A stretch of 64,000 nucleotides of DNA, from contig CAYSCT010000012.1 in the NCBI GenBank assembly GCA_964429845.1, positions 18,412 through 82,411 of the forward strand. The letters run 5' to 3'. Shown here piece after piece: positions 30,525 to 40,557 of the stretch; positions within the stretch are counted from its first letter, which is position 1, and each line of letters starts with the position of its first letter. The notes below the pieces were generated by a model. It was not told the DNA's origin, searched no databases, and saw nothing but the letters and a program-made list of their open reading frames with translations. The stretch comes from an uncultured Ohtaekwangia sp. (GTDB lineage Bacteria; Bacteroidota; Bacteroidia; Cytophagales; Cyclobacteriaceae). Made by a program: the position numbers and the translations under genes.

Positions 30525-31427
30525 TCAATATAACTCGTCCAATGAAAGGGTTAAATACTTACTTACCGCGCGATAGGTACTTGCCACCGCCACAAAAATA
30601 CCGATAACAACCAAACTGCCAACCAGCAGCGCCAACCTACTTTTGTTTTGAATGAGTTGAAGGTCTTCGATGCGCTGATGGGCCGCATAAACAAGGGCCA
30701 GCAACAAACCACCCGACAACACACCGGCCAGAAAACCATGCAGCGTGGCCCGCTTGAGAAAGGGGCCTTGTATAAACCATTTGCGGGCGCCCACCAACTG
30801 CATGCTTCTGATGAGGAAGCGTTGCGAGAAGAGTGCGAGCCGCAAGGTATTGTGAATAAGCACCACCACCACAAGTAGCAGGAGTAGCGCCAGCCCCATA
30901 AGTACCAGCCCAATGCGGGTCACGTTTTTGTTGATGGAGGCCACCACATTCTCTACATAATACACTTGGAAAACCCCCTCCATTTGTTCCACGTCTGCTT
31001 TGATTTTGGCCAGGCTTTTCGAGTCGTGGTAGTTTTCGTCTACGTTTACCAGGAAAGCATCTCTTAACGGGTTGTCGCCTAAAAATTTCTTAAAGTCTTC
31101 TCCCGTCTCTTCAATAAACTGGCGGGCAGCCTCCTCTTTCGATATGAATTGCATGACAGCCTTCCCGTTCTTCTTCAATACAAAATACTGTGCCGATAAT
31201 TTCTTCTCTATCTGGCTGCGCTGGGTTGCGTTAATGTGGTTCTTAAGGAAAACCTGCACGCGTACATTCTCGCGCACTACACGTTCCATTTCTTTGGAAT
31301 AGATCACCAACGTTCCGAATACACCAATTACAAATAGCGCGAGCGTTATGCTGAAGACCACGCTCACAAATGGATAGCTACCCAGTTTTTTCTTTCTGAT
31401 CTTGAACTTAGGCGTGGGGGTACTCAT
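30525..31427 (-). CDS. ftsX: Cell division permease FtsX
   Basis: SVVFSITLALF, GDNPL, RFLIRSMQLVGA. Confidence 0.92.
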   Translation of the reverse strand: MSTPTPKFKIRKKKLGSYPFVSVVFSITLALFVIGVFGTLVIYSKEMERVVRENVRVQVFLKNHINATQRSQIEKKLSAQYFVLKKNGKAVMQFISKEEAARQFIEETGEDFKKFLGDNPLRDAFLVNVDENYHDSKSLAKIKADVEQMEGVFQVYYVENVVASINKNVTRIGLVLMGLALLLLLVVVVLIHNTLRLALFSQRFLIRSMQLVGARKWFIQGPFLKRATLHGFLAGVLSGGLLLALVYAAHQRIEDLQLIQNKSRLALLVGSLVVIGIFVAVASTYRAVSKYLTLSLDELY

Positions 31428-31432
31428 GGCTT

Positions 31433-31440
31433 CAAAGATA
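31433..31440 (-). promoter_or_regulatory. -7 element directly before the ftsX ATG
   Basis: TATCTTTG on the minus strand, 5 nt before the ATG. Confidence 0.55.
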
Positions 31441-31467
31441 AATCAAATAGGGCAGGGGGCAAAAGCA

Positions 31468-31492
31468 AAAGCCCCGCGGGCAGCAGGGCTTT
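31468..31492 (-). terminator. Probable Rho-independent terminator after the anti-sigma-like gene
   Basis: AAAGCCC...GGGCTTT stem followed by a U-tract on the minus strand. Confidence 0.55.
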
Positions 31493-31512
31493 GTAAGGAC
31501 GAAGTCAGGATA

Positions 31513-32355
31513 CTAGTTTCTGTATTCCCGCAGTTTGGCTACCAATGCTTTGTCCATGATGGGGGCCAGTTTCCGGATGTTGCGTTGCTGCTCATCTAAC
31601 AGATAAAACTGATCTTTGTAAAACAGGAAGAGCGAGTGGTCAACCCCGTTGATCTCAATCACTTCGTACAAGCTTTTGTCGAAAGAACCGTAAAGCAGTA
31701 AGCGCGAGCCTTCAAATTGGTAATGGAAGTCATATTTCTTATTCGATGAATCTACTTCCACCTCCACGGGCGATGCTGTGACCCTGGCAGACGCCAGTGC
31801 TGTCGGCATGTTATTTACGTTATCTTCTTCGGTTAACTCTTCGGAGGGGTTAGTTACTTCTATTACCGGCTTTGCCACCGGCTGTATTACCTCTGCCTTT
31901 ATGGGCTTCACCTTTACCTTTTCTTTCAAAGGGGCGCTGTTTTTTGTGGGCTCTTTTTGGCTTGCTGAGTCTACCGGGGCCTTTTGCTGCTCGGACGGGG
32001 TTGCGGGATTCAGCTTTTCGGTCTTCTTCAGCAAGTCGGTGGAGGCATCTTCGAGGTGAATTTCGGGGCGGAAGTAGTAGTAAATGGCTGCTGCCAGTAC
32101 CCCTGCACCAATTAACCCTGCCGCCAGGCGCATCAAAGGAAAATCGAAATGAACGCCATGGCCAACTGGCACTTTGTTCAACATGCTCTTCAATTCTGCG
32201 GCCCGGGCATTCTTTATCCCTTCCAGAATCCGTTGCTGCAGCTTCACTTCTTTCTGCAGGGCCGGATCGCTGGCTAACTGGCTTTCAAACTCCGCTCTTT
32301 CCTCACCCTTCAGCCGGTCGGTCAAATAGTCGTCTATCCATTCAAAATTCTTCAT
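31513..32355 (-). CDS. Putative membrane-anchored anti-sigma factor
   Basis: N-terminal IDDYL...L..EE..EFE..L..D anti-sigma-like domain, one TM helix, low-complexity linker; directly after an ECF sigma gene. Confidence 0.7.
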   Translation of the reverse strand: MKNFEWIDDYLTDRLKGEERAEFESQLASDPALQKEVKLQQRILEGIKNARAAELKSMLNKVPVGHGVHFDFPLMRLAAGLIGAGVLAAAIYYYFRPEIHLEDASTDLLKKTEKLNPATPSEQQKAPVDSASQKEPTKNSAPLKEKVKVKPIKAEVIQPVAKPVIEVTNPSEELTEEDNVNNMPTALASARVTASPVEVEVDSSNKKYDFHYQFEGSRLLLYGSFDKSLYEVIEINGVDHSLFLFYKDQFYLLDEQQRNIRKLAPIMDKALVAKLREYRN

Positions 32356-32360
32356 AATCT

Positions 32361-32933
32361 TCAGTCTAAAAAGTCGCGTTCCGAATACTGTGTTTTCACC
32401 AACTCATCCAACTTCTGCTTGCACTTATACTTTTTTGTTTTGGCTGTATCCGTATTGGCAAACCCAAGTTTGTCTGCTATTTCCTGCATCGAAAGCTCAT
32501 CGAAGTAGTAATACATCAGTACTTTACGGCAGGTCTCGCCTAATTGTTCCAAACACTGGGCGATAATCTTCTCCCGCTCAGGGCTGTCCATGTCGAGGGT
32601 TTCTGATGCATCTTTTTCCTCGTTGGAGAGCCTCTTCTTGCGGTCCAGCTCTTTTCTCCACAGGTTTTGGCAAATGCTGTAGATATAAGTGCTGATTTTG
32701 GAGGTAAGCACCAGCTTGCCAGACCGTGCCTTCTGCCAGAATACCACCAGGGCATCCTGATAAACATCACGGGCTTCGTCCTCCGTACCGCTGTTGGTAA
32801 TGACCAGTTTGGTCATCATTCGGTAATACTTCTTGTAAATGAACTCCAGGGCTTTCTCATCGCCTCGGCAGATCCTTTCAAAGACCTCCTTCTCGTCAAT
32901 TTGATTGCCCGATTTGAATACTCGCAATGCCAC
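32361..32933 (-). CDS. ECF RNA polymerase sigma-70 factor
   Basis: DEARDVYQDA, TYIYSICQNLW, region-4 SMQEIADKLG..AKTKKYKC. Confidence 0.92.
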   Translation of the reverse strand: MALRVFKSGNQIDEKEVFERICRGDEKALEFIYKKYYRMMTKLVITNSGTEDEARDVYQDALVVFWQKARSGKLVLTSKISTYIYSICQNLWRKELDRKKRLSNEEKDASETLDMDSPEREKIIAQCLEQLGETCRKVLMYYYFDELSMQEIADKLGFANTDTAKTKKYKCKQKLDELVKTQYSERDFLD

Positions 32934-33013
32934 GCTGGTAACCGCTATTTAGTTGAACGGCAATATAGTAGGGTTGAACTTCATTAAACCGGGTTGAGTT
33001 GCTGCCAAAGAAG

Positions 33014-33445
33014 TTACTGTGCTTTTAACCATGTTTGAGTACGGTAGAAGGGTCCCCAGTAACCTCTCACTTTCAAATCATTTCCTTCCAGCCAGATTTT
33101 GCAGCGGTATATTTTGCCATTGTTCGGATCGAGAATGGTTCCTTCGGTATATTGTTCTCCGGCCTTCACCATGTTGCGTAAAATCTCCATGCCTATGATC
33201 TTCTTCTTATAGCGCTCGTCTTGTTCTTCGCATTCGTCACACACGGGGTCTGGGTCTTCGCCCGGCTTGCGGAAAAGCTTCACAATTTTACCATACACCT
33301 TGCCATCCCGCTCGAATATTTCCACGATGGACTGGGCTTCGTTGGTTTCATCGTCTATCGTTCGCCATTTGCCAACCACTTGGGCATGTGCAAGTGTTGT
33401 GGTGAACAGGATACAAAAGCCAACCATCCATCCATAACGTTTCAT
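33014..33445 (-). CDS. DUF2147 domain exported protein
   Basis: GKWRTIDD, GTILDPNNGKIY, LKVRGY...RTQTW. Confidence 0.88.
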   Translation of the reverse strand: MKRYGWMVGFCILFTTTLAHAQVVGKWRTIDDETNEAQSIVEIFERDGKVYGKIVKLFRKPGEDPDPVCDECEEQDERYKKKIIGMEILRNMVKAGEQYTEGTILDPNNGKIYRCKIWLEGNDLKVRGYWGPFYRTQTWLKAQ

Positions 33446-33504
33446 TTCACAGGGTAAGTTAAAACCAAGCTGCTTAGCCGGTCAAAATTTCCCTTAAAAT
33501 AAAG

Positions 33505-33539
33505 AAAAAGAGCCATGTTTTCCGGACATGGCTCTTTTT
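33505..33539. terminator. Rho-independent terminator after hppA
   Basis: AAAAAGAGCCATGT-loop-ACATGGCTCTTTTT. Confidence 0.8.
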
Positions 33540-33556
33540 GAATGCAAGAGGGGAGT

Positions 33557-35854
33557 TTACTCACCTGCTTCTACCTGAACAGGAGCAGCTACTACCTTCT
33601 CTGTTTTTTCCTTAGGGGCGTCTTTAGCAGTGGCTGTGGTCTCCGTTTTAACCAGCATGGGAGCGATAACGAGTGCCACTACCGACATCAATTTCAAAAG
33701 TATGTTCAGCGAAGGGCCAGAGGTGTCCTTGAAAGGATCTCCTACCGTATCGCCCACCACTGCCGCCTTATGCGGATCTGACTTTTTGTAATACTTCTGA
33801 CCGTTGATTTCCACGCCCTCTTCAAAGCTCTTCTTGGCATTGTCCCAGGCGCCACCAGCGTTCGATTGGAAAATGGCCATCAATACGCCTGAAACGGTTA
33901 CACCAGCCAACATACCACCCAGTGATTCCACGCCAAAACCAGGCAAGAAGGCGATCACTACGGGAACAATCACGGCCATTAAACCGGGCACCACCATTTC
34001 CTTGATGGCTGCCTTGGTAGATATCTCCACGCACTTTCCGTATTCGGCTTTACCATCGGCATCGTGGAATATTTTCTGGTCTTCGGCCGACCAGTCTTTC
34101 ATTTCTTTATCGCCATTCTTGCGCATAACCTCCAACGCAGCTTTCAGCGCTGGTATGTTGTTGAACTGGCGTCTTACTTCTTCGATCATCGACATGGCAG
34201 CACGGCCTACAGCACCCATAGCGAGGGCCGAAAATACAAACGGAAGCATGCCACCAATGAAGAGGCCGGCCATCACGTTGGCTTTCGAAACATCAATGGT
34301 GCTCAGTTTAGCGGTTGTCATGAAGGCGCCAAACAGGGCCAACGCGGTAAGGGCTGCAGAGGCAATAGCGAAGCCTTTTCCAATCGCGGCAGTGGTGTTA
34401 CCTACGGCATCCAACTTATCGGTACGTGAACGCACTTCCTTGGGAAGCTCGGACATCTCAGCGATACCACCGGCATTGTCGGAAATGGGACCGTAGGCAT
34501 CTACTGCCAACTGGATACCCAGGTTGGAGAGCATACCAACTGCTGCGATGGCGATACCGTAAAGGCCTCCAAAATTGAAAGCACCAATAATGGCAAATGC
34601 AATGATAATGATGGGCCACATGGTGGACATCATACCCACACCTAAACCTGCGATGATGTTGGTTGCGGCACCGGTGGAGGATTGACGCACAATGGAAACA
34701 ACAGGCTTTTTTCCCATCCCTGTATAATACTCAGTTATCAAACCAATTACCACACCTGATACCAAACCAATAACGGTGGCTATGAAGATACCGGTTGAAG
34801 TGTAGGTGGTAAACTCACCTGGTTTATTGTACAAAGGATCGCTATACTGCCAGGTGTCGGGCAGCATGCCTTTAATAATGAACCATGACGCGATGATCAT
34901 GATCACAGAAGAAACAATTTCTCCGGTGTTTAAGGCTTTTTGAGGGTCGCCACCTTCTTTTACGCGCACAAAGAACGTACCGATGAATGACATGATGATA
35001 CCTACACCAGCCAGCAACAACGGCAGCATTACCGGAGTAAGGCCATTCATGAAATCAGGGTTGGCGAATTCATTTAACCCCATGAACGCAGCGCCCAATA
35101 CCATGGTACCGATAATGGAACCCACATACGACTCGAACAAGTCGGCACCCATACCGGCCACATCACCTACGTTATCGCCTACGTTATCGGCAATCGTGGC
35201 GGGGTTCAGCGGGTGATCTTCGGGAATACCGGCTTCCACTTTACCCACCAGGTCGGCACCCACATCGGCCGCCTTGGTGTAGATACCACCACCCACACGG
35301 GCAAACAACGCAATGGAAGAGGCACCGAATGAGAAACCGGTGATAATGGTGATCACTCTGCTCAGGTTTTCTTGCGTATTGATACCAAATTGGCTTGAAT
35401 AAATAATAAAAAGTATGCTCAGGCCGAGCACGCCAATACCAACTACACCCATACCCATTACTGAACCGCCTGTGAAGGCTACCTCAAGCGCTTTGCCCAG
35501 GCTGGTGCGGGCGGCATTGGTGGTGCGCACATTAGCTTTGGTAGCTACCCGCATACCAATGAAGCCTGCCAGTGCTGAACAGAATGCACCCAGCACGAAA
35601 GAAACGCCCACCAGCGGGTGAGATGTTTCGCTGTTGGCGGTGAAGGCCAGCAGAAGAGCCACGCACAATACGAATATCGCCAAGATGCGGTATTCGGCTT
35701 TCAGGAAGGCCATCGCTCCTTCCGCAATGTGGCTGGCTATCTTCTTCATTTTGTCGGTTCCGGCATCCTGGCTATTTACCCAGGCGCTTTTCCACGCCAC
35801 ATAGATGAGTCCCAGCAAACCAAATGCGGGAAGGGCGTAAATCAAAGTTTGCAT
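33557..35854 (-). CDS. hppA: Membrane-bound ion-translocating pyrophosphatase, K+-dependent clade
   Basis: [43 protein letters not shown]. Confidence 0.96.
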   Translation of the reverse strand: MQTLIYALPAFGLLGLIYVAWKSAWVNSQDAGTDKMKKIASHIAEGAMAFLKAEYRILAIFVLCVALLLAFTANSETSHPLVGVSFVLGAFCSALAGFIGMRVATKANVRTTNAARTSLGKALEVAFTGGSVMGMGVVGIGVLGLSILFIIYSSQFGINTQENLSRVITIITGFSFGASSIALFARVGGGIYTKAADVGADLVGKVEAGIPEDHPLNPATIADNVGDNVGDVAGMGADLFESYVGSIIGTMVLGAAFMGLNEFANPDFMNGLTPVMLPLLLAGVGIIMSFIGTFFVRVKEGGDPQKALNTGEIVSSVIMIIASWFIIKGMLPDTWQYSDPLYNKPGEFTTYTSTGIFIATVIGLVSGVVIGLITEYYTGMGKKPVVSIVRQSSTGAATNIIAGLGVGMMSTMWPIIIIAFAIIGAFNFGGLYGIAIAAVGMLSNLGIQLAVDAYGPISDNAGGIAEMSELPKEVRSRTDKLDAVGNTTAAIGKGFAIASAALTALALFGAFMTTAKLSTIDVSKANVMAGLFIGGMLPFVFSALAMGAVGRAAMSMIEEVRRQFNNIPALKAALEVMRKNGDKEMKDWSAEDQKIFHDADGKAEYGKCVEISTKAAIKEMVVPGLMAVIVPVVIAFLPGFGVESLGGMLAGVTVSGVLMAIFQSNAGGAWDNAKKSFEEGVEINGQKYYKKSDPHKAAVVGDTVGDPFKDTSGPSLNILLKLMSVVALVIAPMLVKTETTATAKDAPKEKTEKVVAAPVQVEAGE

Positions 35855-35916
35855 ACTGTTTAAGTTAGTTAGTAGAAAGTCCTGCCTACGAAGCGGGACG
35901 TTTTTTCAAAGTGCCG

Positions 35917-35924
35917 CAAAGATA
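35917..35924 (-). promoter_or_regulatory. -7 element for hppA
   Basis: TATCTTTG on the minus strand. Confidence 0.55.
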
Positions 35925-35966
35925 TAAGAAGGGCTAATATTTTAAAATTTTGAAAAAACAGGCTTT

Positions 35967-36347
35967 TCAGGACTTGAAAAGTTGCTTCAATGCCTGCCAA
36001 AGTTTTTGTTTGGCACCACTGTCATTCTGCAGATCGGCCAGGGGCGGAGCGGGTATTAGTTGCGTTCCATTGGGCAGGCTGGCTACTTCTAAGTGGGCAT
36101 AGCCGGCAAGGGGTAACCCGAAATAGAGCGACTTGGGCGACAAGGGCTGCCAATAGTTGAAGTCGTGGTGCGGTTCGTAATGGACAGCTACGCTTTCGGG
36201 TTTTAAACCCACAGCAACCAAAATTTTTTGAAGCAGGTCCTGCTCTTCTGCACTCACTTCGCGCCAGGGTTTGTTCAACACCACGGTGGTTCGCTCCAGG
36301 GGCACATAGATTTCTTCATTGAAGATGCTTGCTTCCAACACGTTCAT
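35967..36347 (-). CDS. Hypothetical protein, possibly like the Bacteroidota 'DNA polymerase III psi' family
   Basis: Coupled to the thioesterase gene; LLQKILVAVGL and KQKLWQALKQLF patterns; the family call is from memory only. Confidence 0.55.
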   Translation of the reverse strand: MNVLEASIFNEEIYVPLERTTVVLNKPWREVSAEEQDLLQKILVAVGLKPESVAVHYEPHHDFNYWQPLSPKSLYFGLPLAGYAHLEVASLPNGTQLIPAPPLADLQNDSGAKQKLWQALKQLFKS

Positions 36348-36353
36348 GCCCAA

Positions 36354-36878
36354 TCAGTCTTTGATGTCGAAAATGGATTTAAGTTCTTTTGCTTCTGCAG
36401 GATTCATTCTGCCGGCCAGGATCAGGCGAAGCTGCCTTCTTCTTAGTGCGCCATTGTACAGTTCTCTTTCCTCGTCTGTTTCAGGTTCTACTTCAGGCAC
36501 ATCGATGGGGCGCCCGCTTTGGTCTACGGCTACAAAGGTGAAGTAGGCACTGTTGCTTTCCACCAGTGTGCCCGAGGGAACATTTTCTGCGGCCACGTCA
36601 ATGCGCACTTCCATAGACGAGTTAAAGGCACGCGTTACCTTGGCTTTTAAGGTCACCACATCGCCCAAACGTATGGGGTGTTTGAACGAAATATTGTCAA
36701 CAGAGGCAGTTACTACAATGCGGTTGGAGTGTTTCTGTGCCGCAATGGCCGATACAATGTCCATCCAGTGCATTAAGCGGCCACCCATTAAGTTGTTCAA
36801 GGTATTGGTATCGTTGGGCAAAACCAGTTCGGTCATGCTCACTTGCGATTCTTTCGGAGTCTTCTTCTTGCGCGGCAT
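36354..36878 (-). CDS. Acyl-CoA thioesterase (hotdog, YciA type)
   Basis: VLPNDTN..NNLMGG, VTASVD, FTFVAVD. Confidence 0.92.
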   Translation of the reverse strand: MPRKKKTPKESQVSMTELVLPNDTNTLNNLMGGRLMHWMDIVSAIAAQKHSNRIVVTASVDNISFKHPIRLGDVVTLKAKVTRAFNSSMEVRIDVAAENVPSGTLVESNSAYFTFVAVDQSGRPIDVPEVEPETDEERELYNGALRRRQLRLILAGRMNPAEAKELKSIFDIKD

Positions 36879-36979
36879 CGTTTGCGGTAGCTAATAAGTG
36901 TTTGTAAGCTTCAATGTTTTCGCAAAAATCATAAAATTATTTTGCAAAGCAGCAGTGTGGTGCATTATTTAGCAAAGCA

Positions 36980-37078
36980 ATGAACAACACGCGTACTTTC
37001 TTCACGTCAACCACAACGATTATCGTTGCGCCTGTTGTTGCTACTGGTATCATTACCACAACAGGCATTACGGGGTAG
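36980..37078 (+). CDS. thrL: thr operon leader peptide (32 aa)
   Basis: MNNTRTFFTSTTTIIVAPVVATGIITTTGITG*: 11 Thr and 5 Ile; ends 84 nt before thrA. Confidence 0.85.
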   Translation: MNNTRTFFTSTTTIIVAPVVATGIITTTGITG

Positions 37079-37145
37079 CGCCCATATAAATCTACCACCG
37101 CCCCCGTCCCAATTATTGTTTTAGTTTTCTCAACCCCGACTTTTC
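37070..37145 (+). promoter_or_regulatory. Attenuator hairpins of the thr leader
   Basis: ACGGGG (37070-75) can pair with CCCCGT (37102-07), and CGGGGT with ACCCCG (37134-39); GGTAG/CTACC pairing; U-rich tracts follow. Confidence 0.55.
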
Positions 37146-37162
37146 AGAGTCTAACAACTGCT

Positions 37163-39619
37163 ATGAAAGTGCTGAAATTTGGTGGCTCCTCTGTAGCCAC
37201 CCCTGAAAGAATCAAATCCATTCTGGGCATTGTAAAATCCTACCTGGCCGATGAACCCATTACGTTGGTATTCTCTGCCTTTGGAGGCGTTACCGACACC
37301 CTAATACAGATGAGTAACCAGGCCCTTGCCGGCAATGGTCAATACAAAGAAATGTTAGCCCAACTGGAGCAGCGCCACCTTGATGCCGTGCGCGTGCTTG
37401 TTTCCATACAAAAACAAAACAGCGTGTTGGCCCGCGTAAAGGCCACCATGAATGAACTGGAAGATGTGCTGCACGGCATATACCTGGTAAAAGAACGAAC
37501 CCTGCGGACGCTGGATTTTGTAATGAGTTTTGGCGAGCGCCTGTCAGCCTACATCATTGCCGAGGCCCTTCAGGATGCCGGCATAGCCTGTGAATATCTG
37601 GACGCCCGCCTGATTGTGCGAACCGACAATCACTTCGGCTACGCACGCGTTGATTTCGACACCACCAACCGACTGATACGCGAGCACTACAAACACCATA
37701 ACGATTTGCAGGTGGTAACGGGTTTTATTGGAACCAGCGAGAGTGGAGAGACAACCACCATCGGCAGAAGCGGCTCAGACTATACGGCCGCCATTCTGGC
37801 GGGGGCGCTGCACGCTACCCAATTGGAGATATGGACCGATGTAGATGGTATGATGACAGCCGATCCACGCAAAGTGAAGAAAGCCTTTACGGTAAAGGCC
37901 ATGACCTATGAAGAGGCCATGGAACTTTCTCACTTTGGCGCCAAGGTGATTTTTCCAGCCACCATGCAGCCCGCCATGGCACATCATATCCCTATCTGGA
38001 TAAAGAACACATTCAACCCCACGTTTGCCGGCACCCGCATTGGTAAAGAAGGCAACGGAAAGGATTTGATCATCAAGGGTATTTCATCGATGAGTCAGGT
38101 AAGTTTGCTGAGCGTGGAGGGCACAGGGCTTCAGGGCGTGGTGGGGGTGTCGATGCGCTTGTTTGGAGCCTTAGCGCAGGCAAAGGTAAACGTGGTGTTG
38201 ATCAGCCAGGCTTCTTCCGAACACTCCATCTGTTTTGCGGTGGAAGGCGCTGCCGCCCTGGCAGCCAAGCATGCCATTGAACGGGAGTTTAGAAACGAAA
38301 TCAAAAATGGAGAAATGGATGAAGTGCATGTGGAGAACGAACTGGCCATTGTAGCCATAGTGGGTGAAGGCATGCGACACAACCCGGGCACCAGCGGCAG
38401 AATGTTTCATTCGCTTGGCAAGAGTGGTATCAATATCTACGCCATCGCACAAGGTTCTTCCGAGCTGAATATATCGGCTGTTGTTCATACCAACGATGTT
38501 TCCAAAGCGCTGAACACGTTGCACGATGCCTTCTTTCTGAGCGACCGAAGGGTGGTGAATGTTTTTCTGGTGGGTACCGGATTGATTGGCAAGGAACTGT
38601 TGACGATGATGGGGCATCAGTTCAGGCAATTGGCCGAACAACACCACCTCGAGGTGCACGTGGTGGCGGTATCTAACAGCAAACGTATGTTGTTCTCGGA
38701 GGACGGCATCGACCCAGCGCAAGCCATGACGTTATTGAACGAAAGCGGGGAGCCCATGCACATGGTTTCGTTTGTGTCTAAAATGAAATCGCTGAACCTA
38801 TCAAACAGTATTTTTGTGGACTGCACATCGGCACAAGAGGTGGCCGACTGTTACGAAGAGATACTCAACGCGAATATTTCGATTGTTACACCGAACAAGA
38901 AAGCCAACTCGGGCAGCTATTCCAAATACCTCTCTTTGAAAAAGGCCGCTTCGCGCAGGGGCGTGCGTTTCTACTACGAAACAAATGTGGGCGCGGGGTT
39001 GCCCGTTATCAACACCCTGAACGACCTGATGCTGAGCGGTGACCGCGTGATACGTATTGAAGCGGTGCTAAGCGGCACGATGAATTACATCTTCAGCGCC
39101 TACCAGAAAGGAATGGCATTCAGCCAGGTGGTGCGGCAAGCCAAAGAAATGGGCTATACAGAGCCTGATCCGCGCGATGACCTGAATGGCATGGACGTTG
39201 CCAGGAAGATATTGATCCTGGCGCGCGAGGCAGGTTGCGAAATTGACCTGGCCGATATTGGTGTAAGGAGCCTGGTGCCGGAGGACTGCGAAAAAGCCCC
39301 CGATGTGGCGTCCTTCTTTGCGGCTCTCGAAAAGCATGACCCTTCTTTCGAACAGTTGCTGAATGAAGCCGAGGGCAAAGGGGAAAAGTTGCGCTACATG
39401 GCGGTATTCGAAAATGGCAAGGCACAAGTATCGCTGACGACAGTCGGATCTTCGCACCCTTTCTTCTCTTTGAGAGGAAGCGATAACATTATTTTGTTAA
39501 CCACCGAAAGATACCATGAACGCCCCATGGTGATTCGCGGACCCGGTGCTGGGGCGGGTGTGACGGCCGCAGGTGTTTTTGCGGATATCATTCGGATAGG
39601 TAACTACGCAGGGCAATGA
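37163..39619 (+). CDS. thrA: Bifunctional aspartokinase / homoserine dehydrogenase I
   Basis: KFGGSS, GRSGSDY, ACT domains, GTGLIG, YETNVGAGLP, GPGAG. Confidence 0.96.
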   Translation: MKVLKFGGSSVATPERIKSILGIVKSYLADEPITLVFSAFGGVTDTLIQMSNQALAGNGQYKEMLAQLEQRHLDAVRVLVSIQKQNSVLARVKATMNELEDVLHGIYLVKERTLRTLDFVMSFGERLSAYIIAEALQDAGIACEYLDARLIVRTDNHFGYARVDFDTTNRLIREHYKHHNDLQVVTGFIGTSESGETTTIGRSGSDYTAAILAGALHATQLEIWTDVDGMMTADPRKVKKAFTVKAMTYEEAMELSHFGAKVIFPATMQPAMAHHIPIWIKNTFNPTFAGTRIGKEGNGKDLIIKGISSMSQVSLLSVEGTGLQGVVGVSMRLFGALAQAKVNVVLISQASSEHSICFAVEGAAALAAKHAIEREFRNEIKNGEMDEVHVENELAIVAIVGEGMRHNPGTSGRMFHSLGKSGINIYAIAQGSSELNISAVVHTNDVSKALNTLHDAFFLSDRRVVNVFLVGTGLIGKELLTMMGHQFRQLAEQHHLEVHVVAVSNSKRMLFSEDGIDPAQAMTLLNESGEPMHMVSFVSKMKSLNLSNSIFVDCTSAQEVADCYEEILNANISIVTPNKKANSGSYSKYLSLKKAASRRGVRFYYETNVGAGLPVINTLNDLMLSGDRVIRIEAVLSGTMNYIFSAYQKGMAFSQVVRQAKEMGYTEPDPRDDLNGMDVARKILILAREAGCEIDLADIGVRSLVPEDCEKAPDVASFFAALEKHDPSFEQLLNEAEGKGEKLRYMAVFENGKAQVSLTTVGSSHPFFSLRGSDNIILLTTERYHERPMVIRGPGAGAGVTAAGVFADIIRIGNYAGQ

Positions 39620-40557
39620 GCAAAGTAATCAGAGCAAAAGCACCGGCCACAGTGGCAAACGTGTGTTGTGGTTTCGATATCCTGGGTTTTGCCGTACACA
39701 GTCCCTGCGATGAGGTGCAACTCACCTTTCACGAGGGTAGCGAGGTGTTGATGAACTCCATCAGCGGAGACCATGGGAAGCTTCCATTGGACGCGGAGCG
39801 GAACACAGCTACCGTGGCTATATCTTCCTACCTGAATGCGATTGATAAAAGGGTAGGAGTAAAGGTTGATTTATATAAACACCTGCCGTTGGGTAGCGGC
39901 ATGGGTTCCAGCGCGGCCAGTGCGGCTGCAGCCCTCGTGGCCGTAAATGCTTACTTCGGCAATCCGCTTTCGCGCGAAGCGTTGGTGGTGCATGCCATGG
40001 AAGCGGAACGTGTGGCGTGTGGCGCGGCCCATGCCGACAATGTGGCGCCCTCGTTAATGGGCGGCTTTGTGCTGGTGCGAAATTATCAGCCGTTGGATTT
40101 GATTCGGGTTCCTTTTGCCATGGAAATCTATTGCACGCTGGTGCACCCGCACCTGGAATTGCGTACGGAAGATGCACGCAAGGTGCTCAAGCCATCCGTT
40201 ACCTTAAAGGAAGCCATCACGCAAAACGGCAATACCGCGGGACTGATGGTGGGACTCATGAGCGGTGACTATGAATTGATAGGGCGATCGTTGCACGATG
40301 TGATAGCCGAACCGATTCGCTCAGTTTTCATCCCTGGTTTTGCAGCCATCAAACAAAAAGCCAAAGAGGCCGGAGCATTGGGTGCAGGCATTTCGGGGTC
40401 TGGCCCTACGATGTTTGCCCTCAGCCGCAACAAAGCCACTGCGGAAAGGGTAGGGCATGCCATGCAGCAACATTTTTCATCGATGGAGTTGCCGAGCGAT
40501 GTACAGGTATCGGCTGTGAATGCAGCGGGTGCCACTATTATTGAAAGAGAATCATGA
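39616..40557 (+). CDS. thrB: Homoserine kinase
   Basis: PLGSGMGSSAASA GHMP motif, HADNVAP, ISGSGPT. Confidence 0.95.
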   Translation: MSKVIRAKAPATVANVCCGFDILGFAVHSPCDEVQLTFHEGSEVLMNSISGDHGKLPLDAERNTATVAISSYLNAIDKRVGVKVDLYKHLPLGSGMGSSAASAAAALVAVNAYFGNPLSREALVVHAMEAERVACGAAHADNVAPSLMGGFVLVRNYQPLDLIRVPFAMEIYCTLVHPHLELRTEDARKVLKPSVTLKEAITQNGNTAGLMVGLMSGDYELIGRSLHDVIAEPIRSVFIPGFAAIKQKAKEAGALGAGISGSGPTMFALSRNKATAERVGHAMQQHFSSMELPSDVQVSAVNAAGATIIERES

